A model generated the notes under the pieces. That model did no database searches and was not told the origin of the DNA. It worked only from the letters and a program-made list of their open reading frames with translations. Below, one piece after another: positions 1 to 9,912 of a stretch of DNA of 64,000 nt. How positions within the stretch are numbered: the first letter of the stretch is position 1; each line of letters begins with the position of its first letter. Source of the DNA: an uncultured Clostridia bacterium. GTDB lineage: Bacteria; Bacillota; Clostridia; Christensenellales; UBA1242. The DNA lies in contig CALWGY010000001.1 in NCBI GenBank assembly GCA_944380265.1, positions 229,697 through 293,696 on the forward strand. Direction: 5' to 3'. Position numbers and translations under genes: made by a program.

Positions 1-200
1 ACTTTTCCGTTATAAGTTTTAACTGGCTCAAATTCTCCTAAAACGTAGGCATCAAGTTCTTCGCCATCACCAGAAACTGTGTTTGGAATGAAGCCATAGT
101 TAACTGGATAATAAAAACCGTGTTTTGGGTGTTTTGACCCAAGTGGACGATCAATTATAACAGTTACGTTTTTATTTAAAAAATCTTCACTATTAACCAT
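1..200 (-). CDS. inorganic pyrophosphatase-like protein, N-terminal 66 codons (rest lies outside the window)
   Basis: Reverse-strand translation from ATG 200-198 gives MVNSEDFLNKNVTVIIDRPLGSKHPKHGFYYPVNYGFIPNTVSGDGEELDAYVLGEF. This carries the YP.NYGFIP.T...DG(D/E).LD signature of family I soluble pyrophosphatases. It is absent from the ORF track because the window edge truncates it. Confidence 0.55.
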   Translation of the reverse strand, partial: MVNSEDFLNKNVTVIIDRPLGSKHPKHGFYYPVNYGFIPNTVSGDGEELDAYVLGEFEPVKTYNGK

Positions 201-233
201 AATTTTACCCATAATTAAATTTTTAAAATTTAC

Positions 234-1265
234 TTAAATTAGTAGTGTTGCATCGCCGAACGAAAAGAAACGATACTTTTCTTTTACAGCAATGTTATAC
301 ATGTTTAATGTGTTTTCAACACCTAAAAAGGCACTAACAAGCATGATTAATGTGCTTTCTGGCAAATGGAAGTTTGTTATAATTCCATCAACAACATTAA
401 ACTTAAAGCCAGGATAAATGAAAATGTTTGTGTTGCCATGGCAAGCAATCATTTTTCCGTGTTCTGCCCAAACACTTTCTAGTGTTCTTATGCTAGTTGT
501 TCCAACAGCAATAACACGTCTGCCTTCCCGTTTTGCTTTGTTTATTATGTCGGCACTTTCCTTTGTTACTTCGTAATATTCGGTGTGCATTTTATGGTTT
601 AAAATGTTGTTTTCACTAACTGGTCGGAATGTGCCTAAGCCAACGTGCAACAAAACCTCGGTTATAATTATGCCTTTATCTTTAATTTTTTGCAAAAGTT
701 CTTTTGTGAAATGTAAGCCTGCTGTTGGTGCTGCACTGCTACCATCAATTTTGGAATAAACTGTGTTATAACGCGACTTGTCTTCACATTTTTCTTTAAT
801 GTAATGTGGCAAAGGCATTTCGCCAATTCTATCTAAAATTTCTTCAAAAACACCATCAAACTTAAAAGTTATTTCACATGAACCAAAATCTTTAACAGAA
901 TTAACAACACAGGCTAGTTCATTAGAAAAAATTATTTCTGTTCCAACTTTTACGCGTTTTGTTGGTTTAATTAAAACTTCCCAATCGGTTAAGTTATGCC
1001 TTTTTAATAACAACACTTCAATTTTTGCATTGGTTTCGGCTTTTTTGCCAAATAATCTGGCAGGAATAACTTTTGTGTTGTTTATAACAAGAACATCGCC
1101 CGGTTTTAAATAATCAATTATATCTCTAAAAATTTTATGTTCAATTTGGTTTGTGTCCTTATGATACACCAAAAGCCTAGACATATCCCGTGGTTCCATT
1201 GGGTGTTGTGCAATTAGTTCTTCTGGTAAATCGTAATAATATGTTTTTTTGTTGTAAATATCCAT
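234..1265 (-). CDS. queA: S-adenosylmethionine:tRNA ribosyltransferase-isomerase
   Basis: 343-aa ORF. Recognisable QueA features run end to end: [12 protein letters not shown] at the N-terminus, TAGLHFT, and RFFSFGDA at the C-terminus. Confidence 0.93.
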   Translation of the reverse strand: MDIYNKKTYYYDLPEELIAQHPMEPRDMSRLLVYHKDTNQIEHKIFRDIIDYLKPGDVLVINNTKVIPARLFGKKAETNAKIEVLLLKRHNLTDWEVLIKPTKRVKVGTEIIFSNELACVVNSVKDFGSCEITFKFDGVFEEILDRIGEMPLPHYIKEKCEDKSRYNTVYSKIDGSSAAPTAGLHFTKELLQKIKDKGIIITEVLLHVGLGTFRPVSENNILNHKMHTEYYEVTKESADIINKAKREGRRVIAVGTTSIRTLESVWAEHGKMIACHGNTNIFIYPGFKFNVVDGIITNFHLPESTLIMLVSAFLGVENTLNMYNIAVKEKYRFFSFGDATLLI

Positions 1266-1478
1266 TGTGTTTTCCTATTTAACTAAGTTTTAACTTAAAA
1301 TTTTTTTTAAGAATTAATTTACAAAAATATATTTGCAAAAATATATCCATGAAAAAATATCTGTAAAATACGATTATAAAAACGCATCTATGAAAATACA
1401 TTTGCAAAAATATGAATGTAAAATTTATCTGAAAAAATTCATATACAAAATTTTTTTATAAATTTTTAATGTTTTAAA

Positions 1479-2531
1479 TTATTCTTGTTCATCTTCTTTG
1501 CTAACAAACATATCAATGTATTTTTGTCGGCTTTCGCTGATTTTTTTGTTTAAGTGTTTGTATGCATTTGGAAGTGCAATTCTGCCCCTAGGGGTTCGTG
1601 CAATAAAACCAAGTTGCAACAAATATGGCTCGTAAACATCTTCAATTGTGTTGGATTCTTCGCCTGTGGCTGCACTTAATGTGTCTAACCCAACAGGACC
1701 GCCGTGGAATTTGTCTATTATGGTTAATAGCAATTTTCTGTCGGTGTAATCTAGCCCAAGTTCATCAACTTCCAACATTTCAAGTGCTTCCTTGCAAAGT
1801 TGCAATGTTATTATGCCTTCGCCTTTAATTTCGGCGTAGTCTCTAACACGTTTTAAAAAGCGGTTTGCAATACGTGGTGTTCCCCTGCTTCTAAGAGCAA
1901 GTTCTAAACACGCTTCATCATCAATTTTAATGTTTAAAATTTTTGCTGAACGTTTTATGATTTTGCTTAGTTCTTCCTTGTTGTAAAGTTCCAAACGGCA
2001 AACAACCCCAAACCTGTCACGAAGTGGGCCTGTTAACATTCCAGCCTTGGTTGTTGCACCAATTAATGTGAAAGGTTGAAGTTTTAAACGCATTGTTCTG
2101 GCACTTGGACCTTTTCCTAAAATGAAGTCTAGTGCATAATCTTCCATGGCAGGATAAAGAACTTCTTCAACTGCTCGGCTTAAACGATGAATTTCATCAA
2201 TAAACAACACGTCGTTTTTGTTAAGGTTTGTTAAAATGCTTGCTAAATCAGCAACTTTTTCAATGGCAGGGCCACTTGTTATTTTCAAACTTGAACCAAG
2301 TTCGTTTGCAATTATGTGGCTTAAAGTGGTTTTTCCAAGCCCTGGTGGACCATACAAAAGAACATGGTCTAGTGCTTCGCCACGTTTTTTTGCTGCTTTA
2401 ATGTAAATGTTTAAACTGTTTTTTATTTTATCTTGCCCAACATATTCTTCCATTGTGGTGGGACGAAGTGTGTTTTCAACATCTTCATCTTCCATGTTTT
2501 TTGTGCTGGTTATAAATCTTTCGTCTTCCAT
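1479..2531 (-). CDS. ruvB: Holliday junction branch migration helicase RuvB
   Basis: 350-aa ORF with Walker [10 protein letters not shown], Walker B FIDEIHRL and sensor RTPRIANR. Lies directly downstream of ruvA. Confidence 0.95.
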   Translation of the reverse strand: MEDERFITSTKNMEDEDVENTLRPTTMEEYVGQDKIKNSLNIYIKAAKKRGEALDHVLLYGPPGLGKTTLSHIIANELGSSLKITSGPAIEKVADLASILTNLNKNDVLFIDEIHRLSRAVEEVLYPAMEDYALDFILGKGPSARTMRLKLQPFTLIGATTKAGMLTGPLRDRFGVVCRLELYNKEELSKIIKRSAKILNIKIDDEACLELALRSRGTPRIANRFLKRVRDYAEIKGEGIITLQLCKEALEMLEVDELGLDYTDRKLLLTIIDKFHGGPVGLDTLSAATGEESNTIEDVYEPYLLQLGFIARTPRGRIALPNAYKHLNKKISESRQKYIDMFVSKEDEQE

Positions 2532-2649
2532 AAGACCTCGAAATTTTTTTATTTTTTTATAAACTTAAAATTATTTTATGAAGTTAATTTTTTTTATAAA
2601 AATTTTTAAATTATTTTTATAAAAGTTTTTAAATTTATTAACTTAAAAA

Positions 2650-3243
2650 TTAGTTCATGTTTTTTAATGCTTTTTGAACAATGCTTTCAGTTGTGTCGTT
2701 TTCAAGGGCAACTTTTTTAACAAGTTTTAAAGCATCAAATTTGCTAAGGCCCATATTAACCAAAAGTTCGCATGCTTCATCACAGGCAGTGGAAGTTGTT
2801 TCATTAAATGAAGTAAATTCGTTTAGAACTGAACCACTTAGATCGCCCAACTTGCCTTTAAGTTCAAGCACAATGCGTTCAGCAGTTTTTTTGCCAATGC
2901 CCTTTGCTTGTGAAATGGTTTTAACATCGCCAGAAATTATGCATGAAATTAAATTTTGAACGCTTATTGAACTTAAAATTACAAGTGCCATTTTTGCACC
3001 AACGCCAGACACTGTTATAAGTTCCAAAAACAAATTTTTTTCTTCTTTTGTTAAAAACCCAAACAAAGAAAAAGCATCTTCTCTAACATGCAGATATGTG
3101 TAAACTTTTGCAAATTCGCCAACATTTGGTAAATTTGAAAGTGTGTTTGTTGAAACAAAAATTTCGTACCCCACACCTGCATTTTCAATTATTACTGAGT
3201 TTTCAGTTTTATCTTCAATTATTCCACTTATGAAAGCATACAT
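2650..3243 (-). CDS. ruvA: Holliday junction DNA-binding protein RuvA
   Basis: 197-aa ORF with the OB-fold N-terminus MYAFISG and two HhH motifs (VSGVGAKMAL, KGIGKKTAERI). Adjacent to ruvB. Confidence 0.9.
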   Translation of the reverse strand: MYAFISGIIEDKTENSVIIENAGVGYEIFVSTNTLSNLPNVGEFAKVYTYLHVREDAFSLFGFLTKEEKNLFLELITVSGVGAKMALVILSSISVQNLISCIISGDVKTISQAKGIGKKTAERIVLELKGKLGDLSGSVLNEFTSFNETTSTACDEACELLVNMGLSKFDALKLVKKVALENDTTESIVQKALKNMN

Positions 3244-3498
3244 AATTTGTTTCCTTTTTTCTAATTACTTTTGGTTATTTTCAATATTTTATTGTTTTTA
3301 GTTATTGTTTAAATAACTGGTTATTATTTAATAACTTATTTAATTTTTAATTTTAATTAAAATCTATTTAATTTTTCTATAATTTTGTTTAACTTTTGTT
3401 TTTTTCATTTAGTTAAAATTCAAGTTTTAGCCTATTATTCAAATTTCAACCCATATTAGTATAAAACATTTACAGTAAAACACCAAACTAAATTTGTG

Positions 3499-3999
3499 TT
3501 ATTTAATTTGGGTGTTTGACAAAAATGTGTTGGTTTGGCTGTGGCAAAGTGCAACTGCCAAAGCATCGGCTGCATCATCTGGTTTTGGCACTTTTGATAA
3601 GTTTAAAATTGCTTTAACCATGTATTGAATTTGTTGTTTTTCTGCCCTGCCATTGCCAGTTAGTGCTTGTTTGATTTGAAGCGGAGTGTATTCAAACAGT
3701 TTTTCTTCGCCCAAATTTTTTACTGCTGACAACAAAATTACCCCACGAGCCATTGCAACATTAATAACGGTTTTTTGGTTGGTGTGATAAAATAACTCTT
3801 CCATGGCAAAACAATCGGGTTTATATTTTTTTATTAAGTATTCAATGCCATCATAAATTTTGTTAAGCCTTGTTGACATTTTTAAACTTTTGTCGGTTTC
3901 AATTACGCCATAGTCAATAACGGTTGTTTGATTTCTACTTTTTTCAATTACGCCAAATCCAACAATGGCATAACCCGGGTCAATGCCTAAAATTATCAT
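3499..3999 (-). CDS. ruvC: crossover junction endodeoxyribonuclease RuvC
   Basis: MIILGIDPGYA is a typical RuvC start. The ORF-track start (TTG 4053) adds 18 non-conserved residues. ATG 3999 is preceded by AAGGAA. Confidence 0.85.
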   Translation of the reverse strand: MIILGIDPGYAIVGFGVIEKSRNQTTVIDYGVIETDKSLKMSTRLNKIYDGIEYLIKKYKPDCFAMEELFYHTNQKTVINVAMARGVILLSAVKNLGEEKLFEYTPLQIKQALTGNGRAEKQQIQYMVKAILNLSKVPKPDDAADALAVALCHSQTNTFLSNTQIK

Positions 4000-4354
4000 A
4001 ATAATTCCTTTTTTATGTATTATGCAAATCTTAAAAAACAGCCTTATTTTCAAGATTTTTTGTTTATAATAAAAGTTTAAATAAATTTAAAAATTTTGTC
4101 AAATAATTTGTGCTATTAGAACATTAGTTTGATTAAATTGTGGAAAGATTTGTTTAATAACCACAACATAAAATGCTTTTGTTTGCACTATATTTTTCGT
4201 GTTAAAAATAACACAAGTTTTGTTTGTTTTTTTAAGTTTAATTAAAGTCGTGCCTTGTTTGTTTTTGGTTCAAAACAAACATTTAATTTGTTTGTAATAT
4301 TTTTTATTGTTTAATTTAAACACTTAAATTGTTTATAATATTTGTTTGCATACC

Positions 4355-4385
4355 TAAAAAAAATTGAGTATTTTAAAACTCAATT
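4355..4385 (-). terminator. rho-independent terminator after yebC-family gene
   Basis: Hairpin ATTGAGT(4363-4369)/ACTCAAT(4378-4384). On the minus strand it is followed by a U-run (plus-strand A-run 4356-4362). Confidence 0.6.
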
Positions 4386-4396
4386 TTTTTATTTTA

Positions 4397-5140
4397 TTAT
4401 TCTTCATCATCTTCTTCTGGAAGGTCAACGTTATGGTAAACTTCTTGAACATCATCGTTATCTTCCAAAGCATCAATTAATTTGTTAAAACTTGACAACT
4501 TATCTTCTGGCAAAGTTAAATAACTTGCTGGAACAAGGTCTAGTTCTGCACTGTCAACTTCAATTTTGTTGTTTTCAAAATATTCTTTTACTGCATCAAA
4601 GTTTTCAGGAGTTGAAATTATTTCATAGTAAGTGTCGTATGTAACGGTGTCGTCTGCACCAGATTCTAGTGCGTGCATCATAATTTCATCTTCACTAATA
4701 CCAATTCCCTTTGGAACAATTATTATGCCCTTTTTGGAAAATAAGTATGAAACACAATTTGTTGAACCCAAACTGCCACCAAACTTATCAAATAAGTGGC
4801 GAACATCGCTTGCTGTTCGGTTTTTGTTGTCGGTTAAGGCTTCAACAATTATTGCTGAACCGCCAGGGCCATAACCTTCATATGTGATGGCCTCGTAGTT
4901 AACTGAACCAAGTTCTCCGTTTGCACGTTTAATGGAACGAGTGATGTTGTCGTTTGGCATGTTGTTTGCACGTGCTTTTGCAATTAAGTTTTTAAGCTTT
5001 GCATTAGAGTTTGGGTCAGGTCCGCCTTCCTTAACTGCAACTTGAATTTCACGACCAATTTTTGTAAAAATTTTGCCAGTTGCAGCATCGTTTTTTGCTT
5101 TTATGTTTTTAATTTTGCTAAACTTGTTATGTCCTGACAT
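4397..5140 (-). CDS. YebC/PmpR family DNA-binding transcriptional regulator
   Basis: 247-aa ORF. MSGHNKFSKIKNIKAKNDAATGKIFTK and the acidic C-terminal tail are typical of the family. Confidence 0.9.
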   Translation of the reverse strand: MSGHNKFSKIKNIKAKNDAATGKIFTKIGREIQVAVKEGGPDPNSNAKLKNLIAKARANNMPNDNITRSIKRANGELGSVNYEAITYEGYGPGGSAIIVEALTDNKNRTASDVRHLFDKFGGSLGSTNCVSYLFSKKGIIIVPKGIGISEDEIMMHALESGADDTVTYDTYYEIISTPENFDAVKEYFENNKIEVDSAELDLVPASYLTLPEDKLSSFNKLIDALEDNDDVQEVYHNVDLPEEDDEE

Positions 5141-5157
5141 GTTTTTCTCCTTTTTTA

Positions 5158-5910
5158 TTATTTTATTTCGTACATAAGAATGCTTGCAGACACTGCTGCA
5201 TTTAAACTTTCAACATTGTTTTGCATTGGAATTGTTACGGTTATGTCGCTTAAATTTTGAAGTGTTTTTGAAACCCCATTTCCTTCATTTCCAATAATTA
5301 ACCCAAAAACACCATTTATGTTTGCTTGGTTTGGGTTAACACCAGAAAGGTTTGCAGAAACTAATTGAAAGCCCTTTTCTGTTTTTAGTTTTGAAAGTTC
5401 TTCAACTGTTAAATTTGTGAAATTAACATTGAACACATACCCCATGCTGCTTCTAATAACTTTTGGCAAAAATGGAAAAACAGAATTAATTGAAACTATG
5501 TTTTTAAAGCCAAAAGTAAGTGCACTTCTTAAAATTGAACCTAAGTTTGATGGGTCTTGCAAATTATCAATTACCAAAAATTTTTCATCAAAATTAAAGT
5601 TTTGTTTTTTAGGAAGTTCGAATATGGCAAAAATGCCAGCATGCGTTACAGTTTCTGATAGTTTGTTGGCAACAGCTTCTGTTATTTTGTAAGTTTGATT
5701 TTCAAATTTACTTATCACATCAGAAAACTTTTCTAGTTTGCTTTCTTCAACAAAAAGCCTTGAAAGTGTGTGCCCACTGTTAATTAAATCATAAATGATT
5801 TTTTCGCCTTCAACAAAACAAAGGTTGTTTGAAATTATGTCCTTTTTTTGTTTTAAGGAATTTGTGAATTTTACAGTTGGATTTGATGGTGATGTAATTT
5901 CTTTAATCAT
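5158..5910 (-). CDS. TrmH/SpoU family RNA 2'-O-methyltransferase
   Basis: 250-aa ORF with SpoU motifs LQDPSNLGSILRSA, IIGNEGNGVS and ESLNAAVSASILMYE. It sits downstream of rplT, as ysgA does in Bacillus. Confidence 0.8.
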   Translation of the reverse strand: MIKEITSPSNPTVKFTNSLKQKKDIISNNLCFVEGEKIIYDLINSGHTLSRLFVEESKLEKFSDVISKFENQTYKITEAVANKLSETVTHAGIFAIFELPKKQNFNFDEKFLVIDNLQDPSNLGSILRSALTFGFKNIVSINSVFPFLPKVIRSSMGYVFNVNFTNLTVEELSKLKTEKGFQLVSANLSGVNPNQANINGVFGLIIGNEGNGVSKTLQNLSDITVTIPMQNNVESLNAAVSASILMYEIK

Positions 5911-5985
5911 ATTAACCTTAAAATGTTTTTATTTTATAACGAAATTAAAACCTATATAAATTTTACATAGGTTTTAATTTTTTTG

Positions 5986-6339
5986 TTATGCTAATTTAGA
6001 TTTTGCTGTTTCGCAAAGTGCTTTAAATGCATTTGCATCGTTTAATGCAATGTCTGCTAAAACTTTACGGTTTAAGTTGATGTTTGCAAGTTTTAGTCCG
6101 TGCATGAATTTGCTGTAAGATAATCCGTTCATACGGCAACCAGCATTAATTCTTGCAATCCACAAACTGCGGAAATCACGTTTTTTAAGTCTTCTGCCAA
6201 CATATGCATATTGACCACTTTTCATAACTGCTTGGTTTGCAACACGATATAATTTGCTTCTAGCACCCCTGTAACCTTTGGCTGCTTTTAAAACTTTTTT
6301 ACGATTTTTGTTTGCGTTAACTGCTCTTTTAACTCTCAT
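5986..6339 (-). CDS. rplT: 50S ribosomal protein L20
   Basis: 117-aa ORF starting [25 protein letters not shown]. Part of the infC-rpmI-rplT operon order. Confidence 0.96.
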   Translation of the reverse strand: MRVKRAVNANKNRKKVLKAAKGYRGARSKLYRVANQAVMKSGQYAYVGRRLKKRDFRSLWIARINAGCRMNGLSYSKFMHGLKLANINLNRKVLADIALNDANAFKALCETAKSKLA

Positions 6340-6363
6340 TGTAATTCTCCTTATTCTGTAATA

Positions 6364-6558
6364 CTATTGGTTAAGCATTGATTTAATATTTTTTTCATCT
6401 GCTTTTGACACATAAGCAGGTTGACGTAATGCCATTTTACGTGCAGGTGCTTTTTTGGTTAAAATGTGTCTGCGGTTTTGTTGTGAACGTTTAATTTTTC
6501 CACTAGGTTTAACTGAAAAACGTTTTTTTGCTGTGCTTCTTGTTTTTTGTTTAGGCAT
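6364..6558 (-). CDS. rpmI: 50S ribosomal protein L35
   Basis: 64-aa ORF starting MPKQKTRSTAKKRF. Lies between infC and rplT. Confidence 0.95.
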   Translation of the reverse strand: MPKQKTRSTAKKRFSVKPSGKIKRSQQNRRHILTKKAPARKMALRQPAYVSKADEKNIKSMLNQ

Positions 6559-6632
6559 AATTGTTCTCCTTAAATTGTAATATTTTTTTATGTTTTTAAT
6601 TTTTGCACAATTGTGCGGTTTGCAAAGTTATG

Positions 6633-7145
6633 TTACTTTGCGTTTTTTGGCGATATTACCATAATAATTTGTCTGCCGTTTATTGCCGCAGGTGTTGTAA
6701 CCTCGCCAACGTCAGCAACTAAATTTGCAAATTTTTCCATAATAGGCAAACCCATTTGAGGGTTTTGAAGTTGACGGCCAAACATACGCAAAACAACTTT
6801 AACTTTGTCGCCATTAGTTAAAAACTTTTTAACATTTTTTGCTTTAAAGTTTAAGTCATTATCAGCAATGTTCATGCTTAATTGCATACCCTTAACTTCT
6901 GCAACTTTTTGTTTTTTCTTGGCATCTTTTTCACGTTTTATCATGTCAAAACGATATTTGCCATAGTCCATAATTTTGCATACTGGTGGATTTGCAACAG
7001 GTGAAATTAGCACAAGGTCTAGCCCTTGTTCGTCGGCAATGCGTTTTGCTTCATCTAAACTAACAATGCCATAGGTTACGCCCATTTCTCCGTTTAATCT
7101 AACTTCGGTTGCTTTAATTTGCTCATTAATTAGTAACTCTTTAAT
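6633..7145 (-). CDS. infC: translation initiation factor IF-3 (AUU start)
   Basis: The ORF-track ATG (7085) removes the conserved N-terminus. The frame stays open upstream and reads IKELLINEQIKATEVRLNGEMG. ATT at 7145-7143 lies 8 nt after AGGAGG. AUU initiation is the known autoregulatory feature of infC. Confidence 0.85.
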   Translation of the reverse strand: MKELLINEQIKATEVRLNGEMGVTYGIVSLDEAKRIADEQGLDLVLISPVANPPVCKIMDYGKYRFDMIKREKDAKKKQKVAEVKGMQLSMNIADNDLNFKAKNVKKFLTNGDKVKVVLRMFGRQLQNPQMGLPIMEKFANLVADVGEVTTPAAINGRQIIMVISPKNAK

Positions 7146-7149
7146 GGCT

Positions 7150-7300
7150 GTATCCTCCTAAAATAAAATTAAAAAGTGGGTTAAAATGCACCCACTTCTC
7201 ACATAAAAAATAAATTAATTTTGTTATTTAATTTAGTTTTTATTACCAAGCGAAAATGTTTCATTTGCTGGTGAGAAGTTAAGTACCTCTACTTTTTATG
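7150..7300 (-). promoter_or_regulatory. L20-type ribosomal-protein leader (attenuator) of infC-rpmI-rplT
   Basis: The leader lies between a consensus promoter and the infC RBS. ACTTCTCAC (about 7270s) can pair with GTGAGAAGT. That segment overlaps the 5' arm of terminator hairpin AGTGGGT/ACCCACT (7175-7197) plus U-run. This layout matches the Firmicute L20 leader. Not checked with a covariance model. Confidence 0.5.
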
Positions 7301-7305
7301 GACTA

Positions 7306-7334
7306 ATTATATATTACAACAAAAACTTTGTCAA
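7306..7334 (-). promoter_or_regulatory. sigma-A-type promoter of the infC operon
   Basis: Minus strand reads TTGACA (7334-7329), a 17-nt spacer, then TATAAT (7311-7306). Confidence 0.7.
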
Positions 7335-7389
7335 CGGTTTTTTGTGTGTTTTTAGGCAGAAAAAAAGCAAGTTAATTTTAACCTGCTTT

Positions 7390-7857
7390 TTAGTTTGAAT
7401 AAACTTGTGAGTTTGTTGCATTTCCAACAAAGTTTAAAAATCTTTTTGCCATGCTAGTTCCTTCATTGCTTACGCATATTGCACATATTTTTTTGTTTTT
7501 TATGTGTTTTAAAGCCATATTTATCATTATTAGTGGCAAATTTGGTTGCCTAAACTGTTTCAAAATTAAAATTGATGGCAAATAACAATAATGCGATTTT
7601 GTTAAAAAATCTGCTGAATTAAAATTTATGTCGCCACTAAATTTTAAGTTTGTAATGTTACAAAACAATTTTTTTGAAATGTTTGCAATTATTAAATATC
7701 CAACAATTTTATTGTTTTCCAAACACAAAACAATTTTTGCTTTGTTAACGTAACGACAATACCAATTTGGTTTAACTGTTGTGCCGTAATAGGTTTTATC
7801 TAATTGATAAATTGGCTTTATTAAACTTGGTTCAAAATTTTGAATTTTTAACTGCAT
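7390..7857 (-). CDS. small hypothetical protein, weak GNAT-acetyltransferase-like features
   Basis: 155-aa ORF packed 3 nt downstream of thrS. The IVGYLII ... KQFRQPNLPLIMINMAL pattern resembles the GNAT beta4-alpha3 region, but the match is weak. Confidence 0.35.
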   Translation of the reverse strand: MQLKIQNFEPSLIKPIYQLDKTYYGTTVKPNWYCRYVNKAKIVLCLENNKIVGYLIIANISKKLFCNITNLKFSGDINFNSADFLTKSHYCYLPSILILKQFRQPNLPLIMINMALKHIKNKKICAICVSNEGTSMAKRFLNFVGNATNSQVYSN

Positions 7858-7860
7858 AGG

Positions 7861-9597
7861 TTACTTAATTTCTTTTGATTTTATTTCAGCCAAAATGTTT
7901 TCAACAAATTGGTTTATGGTTAATACGCCTTTGTCGCCTTCCTTGCGATGGCGAACTGCAACTTTATTTTCAGCCATTTCCTTGTCGCCAACAACAAGCA
8001 TATATGGAACTTTTTCTAGTTGTGCTTCCCTAATTTTTTTGCCGATTTTTTCGTTTCTGTCGTCAAGCTCAACTCTAATTCCATTATCTTCTAAAACGGC
8101 TTTAACATTTTTAGCATATTGTAGTTGAGCATCGGAAATGTTTAAAATTTTAACTTGAACTGGTGAAAGCCATGTTGGGAATGCCCCTGCAAAGTTTTCA
8201 ATTAAAACTGCAATCATACGTTCAAGTGAGCCATAAACAACACGATGAATCATTATTGGTTCCTTTAAACTTCCATCGCTGTCAACATATGTTAAGTTAA
8301 AACGTTTTGGAAGTTGCATATCTAACTGAATTGTTCCACATTGCCATTCTCTACCAATGCAATCGGTTACGTGAATGTCAATTTTTGGTCCATAAAAAGC
8401 ACCATCGCCTTCATTAATTTTATAATCTAAGTTCATGTGTTCTAGTGCGTTTTTAAGTGCTGTTTCTGCCATTTCCCATTCCGAAACTTCGCCAATGTGG
8501 CTTTCTGGCATGGTGGAAAGTTCAACAGAATATTTCAAACCAAAAGTTGTGTAAACTTGGTCAACAAGTTTCATAACATTTTTAATTTCATCTTCAATTT
8601 GGCTTGGAAGCATGAAAATGTGTGCATCATCTTGTGTGAAGCATCTAACACGCAAAAGTCCGTTTAGTGTTCCGCTTGCTTCGTGACGATGAACTTTTCC
8701 TAGTTCGCCAACCCTTAGTGGAAATTCCTTGTAGGAATGAATGTTTTGTTGATAGTAAAGCATTCCGCCTGGGCAGTTCATTGGTTTTATTGCAAAAGTG
8801 TCGTCTTCAACTTTAAATGTGTACATATTTGCTTGATAATGGTCCCAGTGCCCGCTAATTTCCCAAAGTTCGCGGCTCATTGCCATTGGAGTTTCAATTT
8901 CAACATAGCCTGCTTTTTTGTGAATTTCACGCCAAAATTCTATTAAAGTGTTTTTAAGTTGCAACCCCTTTGGCATGTAGGTTGGCATGCCCTTTGCATA
9001 GTCGGAAATGAAATATAGTCCAAGTTCCTTGCCAAGTTTGCGGTGGTCACGTTTTAGTGCTTCTTCCATCATGGCAACATAATTTTTTAGGTCTTCTTTG
9101 TTTAAGAACCCATAGCAATAAACACGTTGCAACATCTTATTTTTTTCGTTACCACGCCAATATGCTCCATTAACTTTGTTAATTTTGAAAGCAAAGCCAC
9201 GCAAAAATTTTGTGTTTTCAACGTGAGGTCCGCGGCACAAATCAACAAAATCGGAACCAGTTTTGTAAATTGTTATAATTTCGTTTTCTGGTAGTTCGTT
9301 AATTAGTTCTTCCTTATATTCGTTCCCCTTAAAAATTTTTAACGCTTCTTGTTTTGAAACTTCTTGTCTAACAAAGTCTTCGTTGTTTTTTATTATTGCG
9401 TTCATTTTTTCTTCAATTTGCTTAAAATCTTCTGGGGTTATGGAATGATTTAGGTCAATGTCATAATAAAAACCATTGTCAATTGCAGGACCAATTGTTA
9501 ACTTAACATCTGGCCAAATTTGAGTTAATGCTTTTGCAAGCACGTGTGCCATGCTGTGGCGATACATATGAAGTTTTTCTTCTAATTCTTTTTCCAT
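7861..9597 (-). CDS. thrS: threonine--tRNA ligase (lacks N-terminal TGS domain)
   Basis: 578-aa ORF. It starts about 10 residues before the editing-domain HxxxH motif (YRHSMAHVLA). Class II motifs and an anticodon-binding C-terminus are present. A T-box leader lies upstream. Confidence 0.95.
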   Translation of the reverse strand: MEKELEEKLHMYRHSMAHVLAKALTQIWPDVKLTIGPAIDNGFYYDIDLNHSITPEDFKQIEEKMNAIIKNNEDFVRQEVSKQEALKIFKGNEYKEELINELPENEIITIYKTGSDFVDLCRGPHVENTKFLRGFAFKINKVNGAYWRGNEKNKMLQRVYCYGFLNKEDLKNYVAMMEEALKRDHRKLGKELGLYFISDYAKGMPTYMPKGLQLKNTLIEFWREIHKKAGYVEIETPMAMSRELWEISGHWDHYQANMYTFKVEDDTFAIKPMNCPGGMLYYQQNIHSYKEFPLRVGELGKVHRHEASGTLNGLLRVRCFTQDDAHIFMLPSQIEDEIKNVMKLVDQVYTTFGLKYSVELSTMPESHIGEVSEWEMAETALKNALEHMNLDYKINEGDGAFYGPKIDIHVTDCIGREWQCGTIQLDMQLPKRFNLTYVDSDGSLKEPIMIHRVVYGSLERMIAVLIENFAGAFPTWLSPVQVKILNISDAQLQYAKNVKAVLEDNGIRVELDDRNEKIGKKIREAQLEKVPYMLVVGDKEMAENKVAVRHRKEGDKGVLTINQFVENILAEIKSKEIK

Positions 9598-9599
9598 GT

Positions 9600-9871
9600 T
9601 AATAATCTCCTTTTTGTTTGTTGGGCTTTATAAAAAACAAAAAGCCCTTTGAAATTTTCAAAGGACGAATAAACTTATCCGTGGTTCCACCTTAATTGCA
9701 ACAAATTGTTGCCACTTTAACTTGTTTTTTTCCTAAAACAACAAAAGGTTCAGTCCAAAAAGTGGTTTCAAAATTAATTTTAAGCAAGTGCTCTCAGCAA
9801 AACGCACCATTCTCTGTAACTTAAAGGTTTAATTTCTACTTGTTTTTTATCAACCTGAAATTAATTTTACG
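9600..9871 (-). promoter_or_regulatory. T-box leader (Thr) of thrS
   Basis: Minus strand carries AGAGA and GGTGCG Stem I elements and the T-box core AATTAAGGTGGAACCACGG (9697-9679). The terminator is CCTTTGA/TCAAAGG plus U-run (9632-9666). The candidate specifier is GAA-ACC-A (ACC at 9766-9764). Confidence 0.8.
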
Positions 9872-9877
9872 CTTTAT

Positions 9878-9906
9878 ATTATATGTTTTAAAACCTTTAA
9901 TGTCAA
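9878..9906 (-). promoter_or_regulatory. sigma-A-type promoter of thrS leader
   Basis: Minus strand reads TTGACA (9906-9901), a 17-nt spacer, then TATAAT (9883-9878). Confidence 0.7.
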
Positions 9907-9912
9907 TATAAT

